A stretch of 64,000 nt of DNA, taken from positions 4,384,001 through 4,448,000 of the forward strand of contig OY970368.1 of the NCBI GenBank assembly GCA_963718615.1. Direction: 5' to 3'. Position numbers and translations under genes: made by a program. How positions within the stretch are numbered: position 1 is the first letter of the stretch; each line of letters starts with the position of its first letter. This document shows positions 10,185 to 19,527 of the stretch, one piece after another. A model generated the notes under the pieces. That model did not search any database. It had not been told where the DNA came from and worked only from the letters and a program-made list of their open reading frames with translations. The DNA comes from an uncultured cyanobacterium (lineage in GTDB: Bacteria; Cyanobacteriota; Cyanobacteriia; PCC-9006; JAAUQQ01).

Positions 10185-12734
10185 TTAACTGGGTTCGGGG
10201 CCGGAGGCAGTACAGGTGCGACGCAGCAATACGGTGCCATCGGCGAGTTTGTAGGTACTGTCAGCTTCCATTGCCAAGACAGGGATGGGGAGGCGTTCGT
10301 CGGGGGGGACGTCAAGGGTGGGTGGGACATCGTAGGTCAAGAAGGGAGTCTTAAAGACACGGGTAAGCTCGCGATACCGGGTGAAAGAACTGATGTCTGG
10401 GATGATTCTGATGCGGACGTTGTCGAGGAGGGCGCGACCTTGGGCATCGAAGCAGCTGGGGCCGATTTGTTTCTCTAGGTCGACGCGGTTGCGGGATTCA
10501 AAAAGTCCTCGGGTGGGGTCGAGGTTGGCGTTGTTGAGGGTGACGGTGCCGTCTTGGCCGTATTCGGAGCTGGCGTTGATGTCGTTGCGATCGGGAAGGT
10601 CTTCGTCTGCGGGGTAGATGCCAAAAAGGTTGAGGACGGTGACGTCGATGTTGCCGCCGTTGCCGAAGACGGCTTTGGCGAGGATATTGTTGTCTTGGTA
10701 GAGGGGGGCGACGATGAAGCCGGTGTCGATGTTGATGTTGCCGCCGTTGCCGGGGCCTTCGGCGCTAGTGTCGATGTTGCTGTTGCCAATGAGGCTGATG
10801 ATGTCTTCGATGTCGAGGTTGATGTTGCCGCCTTGGCCGCTGGCGGTAGTAGCTTTGATGGCTCCTTGATTGCGGAGGACGAGTTGGTTGGCGGTGATGT
10901 TGATATCTCCGGCTCCGTTGTTTCCATCGTTGGCGACGGTGACTTGGCCGCCGTTGCGGATGGTGAGTTTGGGGGTGTTGAGGGTGACGCTGCCTGCTCT
11001 GCCGCTGGGCTTATCGGGGAGACCGAAGACGGCTCGAAAGCCTGGGTCTGGGGATTCTGCGGCGGAGGAGATGAGGCTGGGATTGTTGACAGGGTCTGGG
11101 GAGAAGGGAGAGACGCCGGTGGCGATGCCGTTGATTTCGATGGAGTCTGTGGCGTTGATGGTGAGGTTTCCGGCGTTGCCTTCTGCGTAGGCGGCGGTGA
11201 CGATGTCGCCACCGTCGGAGACGCGCAGTTTGCCAGTATTGATGATTACATCACCGCTGTTGCCGGAGCGGAAGGAATTGCTGCTGATGCCGCTTTGGGA
11301 GGCTTTGTCGTCTGGGAGGGTTCCAATGACATTGATTTGATCTGAGGCGGTGATTTCTACTTGTCCGGCATTCCCAGAACCAAAGCTTGAAGATGTAATT
11401 CTCCCACCGTCAGCTGTCTCTACTTTTGGGGCAGAAATAATAATATTTCCAGATTGAGCTGAGCTGTAAGTCTGGCTAGTGATAATACTCGGTTCTAAAG
11501 GACTTAAACCACCTAAAACCTGTAAGAGACCAGAAGAAACTATCTCCACATCACCAGCTTGTGTCTCAGAAAAAGATGCTGAGACAACTGCTCCACCATT
11601 CTTTATAGCTAGATTCCGAGTCAGGATCTTAATATTTCCCGCATTGCCCTGGCCTAATGACTCACTAAGAATTACTGGAGTTCGGTTTGGCTCTCCATCA
11701 CCAGGATATTTTAGATTTCTAGAGGATGTAGAAGATACTTCGAGCATCTGAGTGGCATTGATATAAATTCCAGAAGAATTTCGTTCACTTTGATTCTGAT
11801 TGATGATTTTGGAAGCATCAACCAGATGTACATTTTTGCCCAAGACTGAGATCAAACCACCGTCACCACTCACATCAATCAAGGAATTTTGAGAAATTTG
11901 AATGTCAAGTAGTTCAGCGATAGCAGTATCACTGAGAGATATCGCTTTTAAAAAGATACTTGGATCATTATTATGCAAGGAGTCAAAATTTATTGATCCT
12001 TGTTTGATACTGGCCAAAAAGATTTGGCCTCCTGGTACCGTAAGAACAGTATTGTTTAAATCAATTCCTGCACCGATGATAGCGAAGGTTTTTCCAGAGT
12101 TAAGCTTCAATTCTGGTCCATCTCTAAAACCAACTCTTGTAGCGGGAATACCAGGTCCACTTTCTACACCTTGACCATTACCTTGTATAGTTATAGGCAT
12201 TGATCTGAATCCCATTAAGAAGCCAGATGGTAGACTAGGTGAAAGAGTAGAAATAAATTCTAAATTTGTTGAGAACAGTGAGTTATCTGTAAACTTAAGG
12301 TTCTCGGCAGTGCTAACGAAAAACGATCCACCGATTTCCAAAGATGCTCTTTTACCAAATTTAATCCCATTCGGATTAAGTAAAAATAGATCTACTAAGT
12401 TACGAGTTTTAATTAAGCCATTGATGTCTGAAGACGAATGACCAGTAACACGGACAACTATTCTATCAATATCGCCGCTATCTTCAAAATTAAGGGAGCC
12501 GTCTTCGGATATAGATAGCCCTTTAAAGCTATGGAATAAATTGCGACCTACTTGAGCTCCACCTCTAACCTTAAAGCTGAGTCCATCAACACTTTCTACC
12601 TGTGTTTCAAAACTGTTATCAGGCAAAACTTGGCCTAGTATTTTTTCATTTCCAAAAAGTATTGCCGCGACGACCATTAAACAAAGAAGACTAGGACGAC
12701 GTAGCCAATTCCAACATCCTAGTTTCCTACTCAT
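10185..12734 (-). CDS. Filamentous haemagglutinin N-terminal-domain exoprotein (TpsA-like)
   Basis: Signal peptide, NLFHSF and LLNPNGIKFG secretion-domain motifs, GNAGxIxI beta-helix repeats. Start is 12734 or 12782. Confidence 0.9.
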   Translation of the reverse strand: MSRKLGCWNWLRRPSLLCLMVVAAILFGNEKILGQVLPDNSFETQVESVDGLSFKVRGGAQVGRNLFHSFKGLSISEDGSLNFEDSGDIDRIVVRVTGHSSSDINGLIKTRNLVDLFLLNPNGIKFGKRASLEIGGSFFVSTAENLKFTDNSLFSTNLEFISTLSPSLPSGFLMGFRSMPITIQGNGQGVESGPGIPATRVGFRDGPELKLNSGKTFAIIGAGIDLNNTVLTVPGGQIFLASIKQGSINFDSLHNNDPSIFLKAISLSDTAIAELLDIQISQNSLIDVSGDGGLISVLGKNVHLVDASKIINQNQSERNSSGIYINATQMLEVSSTSSRNLKYPGDGEPNRTPVILSESLGQGNAGNIKILTRNLAIKNGGAVVSASFSETQAGDVEIVSSGLLQVLGGLSPLEPSIITSQTYSSAQSGNIIISAPKVETADGGRITSSSFGSGNAGQVEITASDQINVIGTLPDDKASQSGISSNSFRSGNSGDVIINTGKLRVSDGGDIVTAAYAEGNAGNLTINATDSIEINGIATGVSPFSPDPVNNPSLISSAAESPDPGFRAVFGLPDKPSGRAGSVTLNTPKLTIRNGGQVTVANDGNNGAGDINITANQLVLRNQGAIKATTASGQGGNINLDIEDIISLIGNSNIDTSAEGPGNGGNINIDTGFIVAPLYQDNNILAKAVFGNGGNIDVTVLNLFGIYPADEDLPDRNDINASSEYGQDGTVTLNNANLDPTRGLFESRNRVDLEKQIGPSCFDAQGRALLDNVRIRIIPDISSFTRYRELTRVFKTPFLTYDVPPTLDVPPDERLPIPVLAMEADSTYKLADGTVLLRRTCTASGPEPS

Positions 12735-12836
12735 TCGATTTAAGAAGCACAACAGCAAAATTACATTATGCCCTGTAATCACTCTTCATCAAGATGCCAC
12801 ATAGAAAACAGACGAACAAGTGTAGGACATGTGAGT

Positions 12837-13169
12837 TCAGACACAGCAATAACACGGTGTTAAGGCCGCATCAACAGAAGTTTCAATCGCCCGACTCAAA
12901 TCATCCTCACTCAAATCCGCAGGTCTCGCAGGCAACCCAATCGTATAAGTCACCCGAGTCACATCCGCATTCGGCTCAATCTTCCAAGCCAAATCCAAAC
13001 TCGGATCAACCACCACCTCAATCCCCTCAGGGATTTCAATCCCCGCCTCATTCAAAAACGGCACCGGATCCGCAATAAACCGCTCACGTACCGAATCATC
13101 CGACCAAGTCCGAGCAATGATCCGTGCAACCGCATTACCTTGCTCGCGCCAATTAGATTGAAGGGGCAT
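12837..13169 (-). CDS. NHLP (nitrile-hydratase-like leader) family peptide, candidate RiPP precursor with Cys-rich C-terminus
   Basis: ARIIARTWSDDSVRERFIADPVPFLNEAGIEIPEGIEVVV and IGLPARPADLSEDDL match the NHLP leader pattern; ends PCYCCV; GAGAG upstream of the ATG. Confidence 0.8.
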   Translation of the reverse strand: MPLQSNWREQGNAVARIIARTWSDDSVRERFIADPVPFLNEAGIEIPEGIEVVVDPSLDLAWKIEPNADVTRVTYTIGLPARPADLSEDDLSRAIETSVDAALTPCYCCV

Positions 13170-13226
13170 GGGATTCTCTCATTAACAGTATTTACTCGTA
13201 CCATTAGTCTCACTGAATTTACCTAG

Positions 13227-13254
13227 AAAATAAGGGGGTTTCCGAATTCGGAAA
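13227..13254. promoter_or_regulatory. Palindromic operator candidate upstream of the NHLP-like gene
   Basis: Perfect 16-bp palindrome TTTCCGAATTCGGAAA (13239-13254); TAAATT -10-like hexamer on the minus strand 17 nt downstream. Confidence 0.55.
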
Positions 13255-13351
13255 GATAGCCCTTTGAATTTGAAGACGAGCGATCGCATCCTACCGCAAA
13301 CCCCATTGAGAAAATATAAAAATTTCCGAAAACAAAAAAACAGCCACAAAC

Positions 13352-14149
13352 CTACAGCCAACCGCGCAAGCGGTAGACCACCAGCCCCATATATTCCTTC
13401 ATCGCCCGCGTCGTCAGCCGCAAATTCTCCACATCCGGTAACAAACTCAATAACCGCCCCCGCACCGTCCGTTGGCGATCGCCCCCCGCCACCCAAAAAT
13501 CCGTCGGAGCCGCCACCACCTCCATCCCCAACTTACGGAAAATCGCCAACGATCGCGGCATATGCATCGCCGACGTCACCAACAACAACGGCCCTGCAAT
13601 GCCCCGCTCCCGCAAAACCCGCTGCACATTCACCGCATTCTGCCGCGTATTCAACGAATCTGGCTCCGGAATAATCGCCCCCTCCGGCACCCCCATAAAT
13701 GTCAACAGCTCCACCATATCCAACGCCTCCGATGGACCCCCCGACCCCTGCCAGGAAATCCGTCCCCCACTGGGAATCACCACCGGAGCCTTCCCCAACC
13801 GAAACAGCCGCGCCGCATGGATGACGCGATCGCCCTCCTCACTGATTTCCACCGACGGTCGGGGCGGATCCGCCGATTTAGTTGCCCCCCCCAAGAGGAC
13901 GATCGCCGCCGCCTGGGGCAACTCCTGCGACTGCCGGGGCGGGAGATTCTGCTGTTCTAGACTTGCCACCAGGGAATTTTTCAACAACGGCGTACTCCCT
14001 AACCAGAGAATGAGGAAGGCAGCGGCGATCGCCCCCCTGGCCCAATTACGCCGCTTCTTCGCCCAGATCCAGGCCAACATCAGCAGTACCAACCCCAGCC
14101 CCAGGGGATAAACCAACAGCGGCAACAATTTCGACAAAAACAAAAACAT
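13352..14149 (-). CDS. YdcF/ElyC family protein (DUF218)
   Basis: MFLFLSKLLP start, AIVLLGG, SLNTRQNA, LVTSAMHMPRS, KEYMG. Confidence 0.9.
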   Translation of the reverse strand: MFLFLSKLLPLLVYPLGLGLVLLMLAWIWAKKRRNWARGAIAAAFLILWLGSTPLLKNSLVASLEQQNLPPRQSQELPQAAAIVLLGGATKSADPPRPSVEISEEGDRVIHAARLFRLGKAPVVIPSGGRISWQGSGGPSEALDMVELLTFMGVPEGAIIPEPDSLNTRQNAVNVQRVLRERGIAGPLLLVTSAMHMPRSLAIFRKLGMEVVAAPTDFWVAGGDRQRTVRGRLLSLLPDVENLRLTTRAMKEYMGLVVYRLRGWL

Positions 14150-14163
14150 AACATTTCCCCATG

Positions 14164-14240
14164 GTAGGGGCGCGTATCCCGCGCCCTTGCACCCGCGCCC
14201 TTGCACCCGCACCCGGAGGGTTGGGAATGCCAACCCCTAC
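14164..14240. repeat. GTAG-family REP doublet (BIME-like)
   Basis: GTAG-GGGCGCG-TATCC-CGCGCCC on the + strand faces GTAG-GGGTTGG-CATTC-CCAACCC on the - strand. Confidence 0.7.
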
Positions 14241-15163
14241 AGCCAGGCCAACCGTTCCGTCAGCAGATCGTAAAATCCGTCCGCATCGATGGTTTGGGCG
14301 ATCGCCACATTGATAGGGTGTGCTCCCGTCCGATCCACAACCAATCGCCCCAGCGTTAACGGACTGCTCGTTTCCACCGTGGCCCCAACCTTTGCCATTG
14401 TAAACAGCTCTGGCCTGAGGATATAGGCAATCACACAGGGGTCATGGAGCGGTGGCCCCGCAAACTGCATCTGTTGTTGTTCCCGCACGCCGTAGTTCCC
14501 TAGCATTCGCGCCACCAACGGGCCGACGGGATTGGCGATCGCTCCCAACCGCGCCCGCCGCTCCGGCGTCGCCAAGGCTGTCTGGGTTACATCCAGGGGA
14601 ATCAGCGTCAAATCCACCCCACTCTCGAACACCACCTGGGCCGCGTGGGGATCGGCGTAAAGATTGAACTCCGCCGCAGAGGTGACATTGCCCGCACCGA
14701 TGGCACCGCCCATCATGATGATTTGGGAGAGGCGATCGCCAATCTCCGGTACCTTCACCAGGGCCACAGCAAGATTAGTCAACGGCCCCAGCGTCGCCAG
14801 GATGATCGGCTTCGGGGCATTCATCAGGGTTTCGATCAGGAAATCGACGCCGTGCTGAGGTTGCAGGGGCATTTGGGGGGGTGGGAATTGCATACCTGCG
14901 AGGCCGTTTTCGCCGTGGACGTGGTCGGCGAGGATGGGCGATCGCACCAACGGTCTCGGACAACCGGCAAACACCTTGAGTTCAGGATGTCCCCCCAGTT
15001 CACAAATACAGCGGGCATTGGTCTGGGTGGTTTCGACCGTGACGTTTCCGGCAACAGTTGTAATCCCCACAATCTCCAACTCCGGCGATGCCATAGCCAG
15101 CAGCAATGCCACCGCATCGTCAATCCCCGGATCGCAGTCAATAAGAATCGGTGTCGGCGACAT
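14237..15163 (-). CDS. Nucleoside hydrolase (IU-NH family)
   Basis: DCDPGIDD, VHGENG, GPLTN, AEFN, LHDP. Confidence 0.93.
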   Translation of the reverse strand: MSPTPILIDCDPGIDDAVALLLAMASPELEIVGITTVAGNVTVETTQTNARCICELGGHPELKVFAGCPRPLVRSPILADHVHGENGLAGMQFPPPQMPLQPQHGVDFLIETLMNAPKPIILATLGPLTNLAVALVKVPEIGDRLSQIIMMGGAIGAGNVTSAAEFNLYADPHAAQVVFESGVDLTLIPLDVTQTALATPERRARLGAIANPVGPLVARMLGNYGVREQQQMQFAGPPLHDPCVIAYILRPELFTMAKVGATVETSSPLTLGRLVVDRTGAHPINVAIAQTIDADGFYDLLTERLAWL

Positions 15164-16076
15164 GAGTTTCTAAAAAGGCGTCTAGGGCTTCGCGATAGGG
15201 CAGCGAGGTTTGGGCTCCGGGCAAGGTCGTCGTTAAAGCTCCGGCAGCACTGGCCCGGATTAAGGATTCATAGAACGATTGGCCTTCCACCAAACCCACC
15301 GCCAGAGCTGCATTAAAGGCATCCCCTGCCGCAGTCGTATCCACAACCGTCACCGGAAACGTAGGAACTCGAAGCGTCGTATCCGCCGTAGCGCAAAACG
15401 CCCCCCGCTTGCCAAAGGTGACAACGACCCGCTTAGGACCCCGGCGTTGCAGGGTTTGGGCAACTCGAAGGGCATCGTCGGGACTGTTGATGCTGATTCC
15501 CGTGAGACGGCTCGCCTCGTTTTGGTTGGGTGTTAAAACATCGATCAGGGGATAGAGTTCGTTGGGCAAGGCCTCTGGAGCCGGAGCCGGATCCAGAATC
15601 ACCCGGATACCCAGTTCGTGGGCTGCTTGGGCAGCGGCAACCACCACCGGCAGGGGAATCTCTAGCTGCAGCAACAGGGCATCTGCGCCATGGAGAAGGG
15701 GATTGAGGCGATCGACATCGGTCAAATCTACCTGGCCATTGGCCCCCGGAATAATCAGGATTTGGTTTTCGCCGCTATCGGCAACGGCCACAATCGCCAC
15801 GCCCGTCGCACAGCCTCGCTCCACCCGCAGCCCTTCGAGACCAACCCCTTCCTGGCTCAGATGTTCCTGCAAGGCTCGACCATAGGCGTCATTCCCCACC
15901 CGCCCGACCATGTGAACCGGCACCCCCAACCGCTGAACAGCCACGGCTTGATTGGCCCCTTTACCACCGGGAACCGTCAGCAGGCTATGTCCCTGAACCG
16001 TTTCGCCAGGAATAGGCAGCTTGGTGCTGCGGACCACAAGGTCCATATTCAAGCTGCCTAACACACAGATGGTCAT
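15138..16076 (-). CDS. rbsK: Ribokinase
   Basis: GSLNMDLV, GGKGANQA, LLQLEIP, DTTAAGDAF. Confidence 0.93.
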   Translation of the reverse strand: MTICVLGSLNMDLVVRSTKLPIPGETVQGHSLLTVPGGKGANQAVAVQRLGVPVHMVGRVGNDAYGRALQEHLSQEGVGLEGLRVERGCATGVAIVAVADSGENQILIIPGANGQVDLTDVDRLNPLLHGADALLLQLEIPLPVVVAAAQAAHELGIRVILDPAPAPEALPNELYPLIDVLTPNQNEASRLTGISINSPDDALRVAQTLQRRGPKRVVVTFGKRGAFCATADTTLRVPTFPVTVVDTTAAGDAFNAALAVGLVEGQSFYESLIRASAAGALTTTLPGAQTSLPYREALDAFLETHVADTDSY

Positions 16077-16154
16077 TGAGGGATTACCTGTAGGGATGAA
16101 CAGCGGTTCATCCGGGTCGATGGGGCGAGGGGCTGGGACAAATGCGATTCGTCC

Positions 16155-16679
16155 CTACCCGATAAATTTACCGGCCTGAGCCATGAGATCGCCGAGATCC
16201 ACATCGCCGTCGCCGTCGCTGTCCAAAAAGGCATTGAGAACTGGATTGGCTGCCGCAGCGGATTCAGCTTTGCTGGAGCCGGTTTTGAGTAGATTTAGCA
16301 CCAGGGGCACCAGCATCGGCAACAGCGCCATCACGGCTTGGCTGGTCATGCCCGTCTTCTGGGCGACCGCGCTGGCCACCTGTTCCTGCTGTCCCGCATT
16401 AAAAACGGCCTGAACCGCTGCAAGGTTGGGATGGGTTCCAGCAAACTGATGAATCAGTGACTCTACAGCTGAAGGGCCTTCATTGGCGCGCTTTTGCTGG
16501 AGTGACGATCGCACAAAACTCCCCACAGTGGACATCAGCGCAGGGGTTACGGCGGCGTTGAGGCCCTGCTGATTTCCGGCGATCTGCTGGACCGCGCCGA
16601 GGATACTGGCTACCTGGTTGGTGCTGCCTTGGGTATTGGGGTTGGCGATCGCCCCGGCAATAACATCAAACATTCCCAT
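16155..16679 (-). CDS. DUF937-like protein with an EF-hand-like C-terminus
   Basis: NPVLNAFLDSDGDGDVDLGD C-terminus; helical Ala/Gln-rich body. Confidence 0.75.
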   Translation of the reverse strand: MGMFDVIAGAIANPNTQGSTNQVASILGAVQQIAGNQQGLNAAVTPALMSTVGSFVRSSLQQKRANEGPSAVESLIHQFAGTHPNLAAVQAVFNAGQQEQVASAVAQKTGMTSQAVMALLPMLVPLVLNLLKTGSSKAESAAAANPVLNAFLDSDGDGDVDLGDLMAQAGKFIG

Positions 16680-16788
16680 GGTTTACGGGTCTCCCTTGCG
16701 GTTTAGAACGAAATAATAGGGCCATGATTGTAGGAACATGGCAATGCCATGTCCCTACCGGATCACATCGAAATTAATCTATGAATCC

Positions 16789-17130
16789 CTAGCCGACCTG
16801 CACCTGGCTGGTATCGACTTCGGTTGCCCCTTTGACGCCCTTCGCCACAGCAACCATCTTGTCGAGGGTCGCCTGGTCAGCAATTTCGCCCTTGAGGACG
16901 ACCTTGCCGCTGGTTTGTGCGACCCAGAGGCGCTCTTCGTCGTCTAGCGCGGGGTCGTTATCGAAGGCTAAGGCGACGCGCTTCGCCAAACCGCTGTCGT
17001 CATACTCGCCTTCGAGGCCGAGGCGGTAGTCGGGGATGTCATTGCCGTCCGGCGCTTTAGCGACAGCCTTGGGTGCGACGGAAGCGTTCGCAGGCTTGTC
17101 TTTCTTGAACATTCTTGATAACCAGCCCAT
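16789..17130 (-). CDS. BON-domain protein
   Basis: YDDSGLAKRVALAFD...LWVAQTSGKVVLKG...VKGATEVD. Confidence 0.85.
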   Translation of the reverse strand: MGWLSRMFKKDKPANASVAPKAVAKAPDGNDIPDYRLGLEGEYDDSGLAKRVALAFDNDPALDDEERLWVAQTSGKVVLKGEIADQATLDKMVAVAKGVKGATEVDTSQVQVG

Positions 17131-17534
17131 GGGAGATTCTCCTAAATACGAGGGATTGAACTGAACTCAAACAACTGGACTCAAACAACTGGGCGGTGTG
17201 AGATACACCAGGATGAACGGCCTTGTCTAAAGACATTTGTCTCAGCATGAGTCTCCGAGACCAGTCAAGCCTACTCTAGAACAAACGCACAGGATTAGCC
17301 TAGCGTGTTCCTTGAGCATGGCCGGTCATGAAAATAACCTAATTTTTATCGTTTTGAGTGTCTATTAAGGATGATTTAACCGCCCCGGCGTTTCCCTGGA
17401 GCCCTTCTGAGGCTTGAGTCTGTCAGGGTTCCCGTAGGTTATGAGTGCGACTGGAGGGAACCCTAGTCCTAGGCGATCGCGTCTTGCTTGGTTAATCTCG
17501 CGACATCCTCTTGCTGGATGGGGAAGGTCTACTC

Positions 17535-19010
17535 ATGCTCTCTTTTGTGGTTCAGACAGGCTTGGCTCAGACAGGGTTTTCGGTGCCGGATTTGACCCAT
17601 CCCCAGGAGCTGTTGGAGGTGGGGCGATCGCTCCTCGAAGGCTTCAAGTGGCTAATGGTCGTGATCCTGGCCCTGGGGGGGTTGCTGGCGTTGGCGAATT
17701 TCTCCGATCGCTATGGTCGCCCTACCTCAAGGCCCGTCAATGGCCCCGTTGATAGCCCGGTCGATGGCCCCGTCGATAGCCCCGTCGATAGGCTGGAACG
17801 TTCTCCTTGGCTTCAGGGGGAATGGCTCAACTACGGACGACTGCTGGGCGGACTGCGCCATGGGGTGCTGATTGCCCTGCTGGTGATCAGTAGCTTTTTT
17901 TGCTTTTCGACCCTAGCCAATCGCTACCACCACTGGGAGCAGGACAAAATTGCCCAGGTGGCCAACAGCGTCGCCGGAGAGCGCATCGAGCAGCCTGCGC
18001 CCCAGCTACGCTACGTCATCCAAAAACCCTACACGACGGTTACCTACATCAATGGCAAGCCCACAGAGGTGGAGCGGCTCCAGGATATCGATCAGTTTCT
18101 GCCCCTGAGTGAGTCTCAGGTGGAGGTTCAGCTCGAACAGACCACGGACCCAGCGACCAACCGCTTGATTTACCAGTCAGCGTTTCAGGCCACCTACGGC
18201 GTTACCAATACCCTCAGCGTTGCCGAGGACTTTTTCTTTGAACCGACGCCGCCCTACGGCTACAGCCTGCTCCAGGACTACACCGTGACGCGGGAAAGTC
18301 AACCGGTCAATCCCGAAAACCAGGGCGAATATCGCTTTCCGCTGCGGCTCGGTCCCGGCGAAGCCACTCAGTTTCAGGTGGCCTACAAAGCCCAAGGCGC
18401 TCCCCGCTGGGTCTATGGTGCAGGCGGGCGGCTGCTCTCGAAGCTGCGGCTGACGATCTTGGCGAATTTTCCCAAGGCGGATTTTGCCAGCGGCATTGTG
18501 CCCACGGAAATTAAGGACGTCGGCAAAGGCAAGCAGTTCACCTGGGTGTTTGACCAAAATGTCTCAGTCCAAAATCCCTTCGGCGTCTTCACCGCCACCG
18601 AGCGATTCCGCAGTACGGGCGTGATGCCCCGCCTGTTGCTCTTGGCTCCGGGGGTGTTGCTGAGCTGGTTGCTGTTGCTCTATTTGACGATTCCCCTGCG
18701 GCTGCGGGATACGGCGATCGCCACGGCCCTCTTCTTCGCCACGATTCTCATGCTCACCTACGCCAGCCGCATCATTGATGCGCGCTTGGCCTGGGGCCTT
18801 TTACTGCCGCTGTTTTTGCTGTTCGCCTGGGGTTTGGGGCGTCCGGTGCGGCGGGGCGGGGTGGCGATCGCCCTCACCCTCGGGGGCGTAATTTTGCCAA
18901 TTATTGCGCTGCTGGTGCCCTATACGGGGTTGACGTTGGCGATCGCAGCGTTGGTGTCGGTGGGAACGTTGATTCAGCCCTATTTGCGGTTATTCTCGGT
19001 CACAGCCTAA
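17535..19010 (+). CDS. Conserved multi-pass membrane protein (CreD-like topology)
   Basis: Two N-terminal TM helices, a large soluble domain, about five C-terminal TM helices; internal 12-bp PVDS/PVDG repeats. Confidence 0.7.
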   Translation: MLSFVVQTGLAQTGFSVPDLTHPQELLEVGRSLLEGFKWLMVVILALGGLLALANFSDRYGRPTSRPVNGPVDSPVDGPVDSPVDRLERSPWLQGEWLNYGRLLGGLRHGVLIALLVISSFFCFSTLANRYHHWEQDKIAQVANSVAGERIEQPAPQLRYVIQKPYTTVTYINGKPTEVERLQDIDQFLPLSESQVEVQLEQTTDPATNRLIYQSAFQATYGVTNTLSVAEDFFFEPTPPYGYSLLQDYTVTRESQPVNPENQGEYRFPLRLGPGEATQFQVAYKAQGAPRWVYGAGGRLLSKLRLTILANFPKADFASGIVPTEIKDVGKGKQFTWVFDQNVSVQNPFGVFTATERFRSTGVMPRLLLLAPGVLLSWLLLLYLTIPLRLRDTAIATALFFATILMLTYASRIIDARLAWGLLLPLFLLFAWGLGRPVRRGGVAIALTLGGVILPIIALLVPYTGLTLAIAALVSVGTLIQPYLRLFSVTA

Positions 19011-19527
19011 GGCAACATACTAAAACTTGTGAAACGCCTATAACTCTCGGTTGAGGGGGGGTTAAGCAAAAACATTGCTTTGGCCAACTCCTCCTTCATT
19101 CCCCAGCAAAAATAAATTCGGAACGAGTTTAGGTCGTTACAGCCAATCAATGCTAACCAATGAAGCCTGATCTGAACGAGTTATCAAGGGTTTCAGCCCC
19201 TAAAAGTTTTGAATTTACAATTGCTGTTCATTCCCAATAAACTCTATGCAAGCCAACTCAATAAATGCTAAGATAGGGATTGGCCGTAAAAGCAGAGCTG
19301 CTCAATGGGAGCTTACTGGAGTTTCTTCCTTGCCTATGCATTCTCGCCAAGACTGCAATAGGAACTTGGGCTTGGGCTATCATTACGTTAGCCAAGCATT
19401 TGCCTTTTGCTTAATCGCTTGCTTTCTTTGTCACATTGCAGGCAACCTAGCCTTGGAGTGGTAATTCCATTTAGTAGATCACTATATCACGTACTAGGGA
19501 AGCTCGTGTACCCACTAGGATAAAAAC

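Noticed and set aside
10475-11345. Long alternative-frame ORFs within the FHA gene
   Set aside because: Shadow ORFs produced by biased codon usage in Gly/Asn/Thr-rich repeats.
12837-13169. Nitrile hydratase alpha subunit
   Set aside because: Too short, lacks CxLCSC, and no beta subunit is present; it fits only the NHLP leader.
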